Made by a program: the position numbers and the translations under genes. Under the pieces are notes generated by a model. It searched no databases. It was not told where the DNA came from and saw only the letters and a list, made by a program, of their open reading frames with translations. From the sequence record PV654397.1: 64,000 nt of DNA. The stretch is one strand, 5' to 3'. Of the stretch, positions 60,569-64,000 are shown piece by piece (position 1 is the first letter of the stretch; the number at the start of each line of letters is the position of its first letter).

Positions 60569-61981
60569 TCAATCTTCAGTTTTTGGCGTGAAGTCAATCT
60601 TACGTAGTTCTTTCAACTCATCTTTATAGATGTTCCAAATCAAATCATGATTCGACAGGAGATTGTTATATTCATCCATTAAATCCAAGTTATGTTGAAT
60701 ATCAGCTAGTACTGATTGATAATTGTCTTGGGTCCAACGATATGATGGGAAGTTTACGATGCTTTGAATATTCTCATCGGTTGCTTCGATTTCAGTGTTT
60801 AATGATTTAACAAACTCAACCATTTCTGAACGGTTAGCAAAACCCTTAACCTTAGCAATCATATCATTATCAAAACATTCTTTGATTAGAATCTTATAAC
60901 GTACTTCAGCAGCACAATCATCAAGTTTCTTCTCATAGCGTTTCACATAGTATTTGAAACGGAATTCAACAAAGTCCTTAATCAAATCCATTGTGTTATC
61001 ATAGACTTTAACCTTACCATTCTCACCTAGAACAGTTAGGATTTGTGTCATCTTCTTATGAATGCCAAAGTATTCAATTACATCTTTCTCCACCCATTTA
61101 GCAGATGTTCCGCGTGGCAATTTGATTGTAATATCAATAACATCAGTACTATCATTATCATAATCACGAATATCACCATCATCGCTCATCTTAATGAGTT
61201 TCTCGATGAATTTCTCAATACTGTAGTTTGGTGGTAGACCTGTCACTTTAACAGTACTGGCATCAATTACTTGTGCTTTACCATAGAACTCATATTTGTT
61301 TTCATCAAGCTTAGTTACGATATCACTTGCACCACATGAAACATAGTATGGAGTCATTTCTTTTAATGGTTTTTTATCAATAGCACGAATACAGTTATCA
61401 ATAACATCTTCAATCTTATGTGGTAGAATTGTACTCTTATAACCTACTGACATACTATCGTTACCAAACAAAGATAGTGGGATGATAGGTAAAAAGAAAC
61501 TTGGTTCCATTGTAGTACCATCATAGTTCTCTTTCATTGGAATAATGTCAGCGTCACGTAGCACTAACATTTCAGTACTTTTATTCTTTTTAACATAAGT
61601 ATAACGAGCAGAAGCTGGAGTACTGTTTACTTGTGTACCAAAACCACCACGTTTACCAATGAGTGGGTAGTTGTTTACCACTGGTGATGCTAGGTTCTGG
61701 AGAGTTCCAGATGCAGATGTATCACCGTGTAGATAGATACCATCACTAATCATTTTACCAGCACATGATACAGTTTTGATTTCACCACTAACTTTTGAGA
61801 GGGTGAAGATTGCTTTACGTTGTGAACTCTTAAGGCCATCAATCCCAGGGATTGCACGGTCTAGTGTGTACATTGAATATTCTAGTGATGTGGTATTCAC
61901 ATAATCAGAACTGTTATAATCTAGTAGAGTTAGTGTTTGGTTATCGATGCTTTGATTTTCGGTTTTTTTACTTTTAGCCAT
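60569..61981 (-). CDS. type II DNA topoisomerase, GyrA/ParC-like subunit (T4 gp52-like)
   Basis: RAIPGIDGLKSSQRK, YLHGD, catalytic ASARYT. Confidence 0.95.
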   Translation of the reverse strand: MAKSKKTENQSIDNQTLTLLDYNSSDYVNTTSLEYSMYTLDRAIPGIDGLKSSQRKAIFTLSKVSGEIKTVSCAGKMISDGIYLHGDTSASGTLQNLASPVVNNYPLIGKRGGFGTQVNSTPASARYTYVKKNKSTEMLVLRDADIIPMKENYDGTTMEPSFFLPIIPLSLFGNDSMSVGYKSTILPHKIEDVIDNCIRAIDKKPLKEMTPYYVSCGASDIVTKLDENKYEFYGKAQVIDASTVKVTGLPPNYSIEKFIEKLIKMSDDGDIRDYDNDSTDVIDITIKLPRGTSAKWVEKDVIEYFGIHKKMTQILTVLGENGKVKVYDNTMDLIKDFVEFRFKYYVKRYEKKLDDCAAEVRYKILIKECFDNDMIAKVKGFANRSEMVEFVKSLNTEIEATDENIQSIVNFPSYRWTQDNYQSVLADIQHNLDLMDEYNNLLSNHDLIWNIYKDELKELRKIDFTPKTED

Positions 61982-61997
61982 TCCATTGTCTCTTTGT

Positions 61998-62020
61998 AAA
62001 AGGGGAACACCATGTTCCCC
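61998..62020 (-). terminator. hairpin between the topoisomerase genes
   Basis: GGGGAACA/TGTTCCCC stem plus T run. Confidence 0.6.
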
Positions 62021-62031
62021 ATTAATCTATA

Positions 62032-63996
62032 TTATTCCATCCAGTTCTTACGATCATCAGCACGTTTCTTGTTGAAAATCAAATCAAGAGTTTCACCAAG
62101 GCGACCATCATCTGTAATCGCTACTGCAACACTGTTAGTGAATGCATCACGGAAGTTTGCTTTTTCTAACGTACCCAATCCTTTCGCACGGGTTGCTTTC
62201 CAACCTTTCCAATCATCTGGGTTGTATTCATGTACATCATGACCATAGTAGTACTTGGATTCCTTACCTTTCTCTAGAATGATGAATGGTGTTTTGAATA
62301 TATACACAAATGGATTCTCTGGGTCTTGGAATAGTTCAGGCCAGAATTTGTATAGGAAGTTACATACTAAAGCACCAATGTTCTTTCCATCCTCATCTTC
62401 GTCGGCACAGATATAAAGCTTACCATAGTTAAGGTCTGCTCTTTCCGCTTTTACACCAGGAATCAGGTTGATACTCGCCATTATATCATGCAATGCCATT
62501 GAATCCATTAATTCTTTGGTTTTCTCATTACCACTGACGTTCATAATTTTACCACGCAATGGTAGAATACCATGAACTTTAGGATCACGAGCACTCGCCA
62601 TGTTGGAAATAGCAGAATCACCCTCAGCAATTAGTAGGATGCATTTGGAACGATCCGTACCTGTACTGTCCAATAGTTTTGCAACTTTACCTTTCAGTAG
62701 TTTTTTAGCTAGACGGCGATCTTCTTCTGCATCTTTCTTGTTTGTACGAGCAGCACAGCGTTCAAAAATCTCATCAATCCACTCTTTGTTCTTCTTGACT
62801 AATTCATCAAACCACTCGGAATTCATCGCTTGTTGAATTGGACGAATAACGTTTTCGTTAGTTAGTTTGGATTTAATCTGTGAGTTGAATGATGGTGCTT
62901 TCATCGTTGTTACGTTATAAATCAACAAACCTTCTTCAATATCAGAGCGGTTAGGTTTCATCTTGCGTTTCTTTGATTCTTTCTCTAGAGCAGTTCCTAC
63001 TCCTAATGAGAAGAATTTCTTGAATGTATCAAGATGTGTACCACCATCAAATGCTGGGGCATTGTTAACCAAACCATGCATATGGAAGTTAGTGTTCATA
63101 CCCGATACTGCATTAGGAACAATGTAGAAAGTACTGTTAAAGTTGAATGATTCATCTTTAACATTCAATTGCATCAGTTTAGATGCGTTGAATAGTGCTT
63201 TTTCTGTAGTTCCTTTAATTGCAATACGCTTACCGTTAAGGAAAATCTTATAGGTAGGGTTAGCAGCAGACATTTCTTTCAAAATACTGTATAACAATTC
63301 GGTTGGCAGTTTACGGTTAGGAAATACCTCAGAACTCAGAGTGAAGCGAATTGTTGTTCCAGTCTTATCTGCTTGAACCTTACGAATAGTTGGTTCATGT
63401 ACATGAAGTTCAGGAAACATAATAGTTCCTTCTTCGAACTTCTGATTGAACTTATAAAAACCGTCATATCCGTCATTGCTACTTTGTGTTTTATACGGGC
63501 GACCTTGGCGATGGATTTCAAGTTCAGCTTTAGAACTTACAATCATTGCAACTGAACCACCCAATCCATTCTGACCGATTGTTTCATCACGCTTCGAGTC
63601 ATCAAAGTTGCGACCAGTTTTAGTTTCAGTCATTACCATTGTACATAGATTTTTCTGATACTCAGGAACATAGTCAATTGGAATACCACGACCATTATCA
63701 CTGATCTCAAAGGATAACTCTTCTTCATTGAAATCAACTTTGAGTACTGGTTCTTTTGTGCCAGCTTTTTTAAATTCATCTAAGCTGTTATCGATAATTT
63801 CACGAGTAGCAGTTAGAATTGCAGGAACCCACTCAACGTTTTTAACTTCATATCCAGACTCACCAAAGATCAGTACTTGACTTTCGTGAACAGAACGTGA
63901 ACCCAGATACATCTCAGTACGTAAGCGAGCATGTTGATAATCGTTTAGACGTTGTACATCATGTTCCTGAAGAACAGCACTTTCTTTCTTAGCCAT
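62032..63996 (-). CDS. type II DNA topoisomerase, GyrB/ParE-like subunit (T4 gp39+60-like)
   Basis: EIIDNSLDE, DNGRGIP, GQNGLG, AEGDSA, PLRGKIMN, DEDEDG, KGLG. Confidence 0.95.
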   Translation of the reverse strand: MAKKESAVLQEHDVQRLNDYQHARLRTEMYLGSRSVHESQVLIFGESGYEVKNVEWVPAILTATREIIDNSLDEFKKAGTKEPVLKVDFNEEELSFEISDNGRGIPIDYVPEYQKNLCTMVMTETKTGRNFDDSKRDETIGQNGLGGSVAMIVSSKAELEIHRQGRPYKTQSSNDGYDGFYKFNQKFEEGTIMFPELHVHEPTIRKVQADKTGTTIRFTLSSEVFPNRKLPTELLYSILKEMSAANPTYKIFLNGKRIAIKGTTEKALFNASKLMQLNVKDESFNFNSTFYIVPNAVSGMNTNFHMHGLVNNAPAFDGGTHLDTFKKFFSLGVGTALEKESKKRKMKPNRSDIEEGLLIYNVTTMKAPSFNSQIKSKLTNENVIRPIQQAMNSEWFDELVKKNKEWIDEIFERCAARTNKKDAEEDRRLAKKLLKGKVAKLLDSTGTDRSKCILLIAEGDSAISNMASARDPKVHGILPLRGKIMNVSGNEKTKELMDSMALHDIMASINLIPGVKAERADLNYGKLYICADEDEDGKNIGALVCNFLYKFWPELFQDPENPFVYIFKTPFIILEKGKESKYYYGHDVHEYNPDDWKGWKATRAKGLGTLEKANFRDAFTNSVAVAITDDGRLGETLDLIFNKKRADDRKNWME

Positions 63997-64000
63997 TTGA

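Noticed and set aside
60569-63996. Inteins or introns in the topoisomerase genes
   Set aside because: Lengths and motif spacing are normal for phage type II topoisomerases.

Overview
This is an AT-rich (by eye roughly one-third GC), gene-dense segment of a T4-like jumbo myophage genome. Gene content resembles RaK2/GAP32/PBECO4-type enterobacterial jumbo phages; that assignment is an inference and was not database-checked. Almost all genes lie on the minus strand. The left ~46 kb is an accessory region of small ORFs driven by near-consensus sigma70 promoters. It holds a sigma factor, an HslV-like Ntn hydrolase, free-standing HNH and PD-(D/E)XK endonucleases, a C5 DNA methyltransferase and six tRNA or tRNA-like genes (22.8-28.7 kb). 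The right end holds a DexA-like exonuclease, TelA, a HAD nucleotidase, a clamp loader, GroES, a DnaE fragment, a large probable virion protein and both type II topoisomerase subunits. The most notable unexplained features are: (1) two large, densely base-paired intergenic RNA candidates (~430 nt at 9.5-10.0 kb; ~340 nt at 26.0-26.3 kb with its own promoter and terminator); (2) about 9-fold enrichment of the palindrome AGTACT, which also sits inside promoters; (3) a ~22-member paralog family with variable N-termini and a shared C-terminal 'TEE-x-FQ-x-S' motif; (4) atypical tRNAs (D-armless Arg, long-variable-arm Asn, reshaped Gly); and (5) two arrays of hairpins whose loops are SD/GGA-like on one strand and anti-SD on the other. 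All folds and counts were made by eye.
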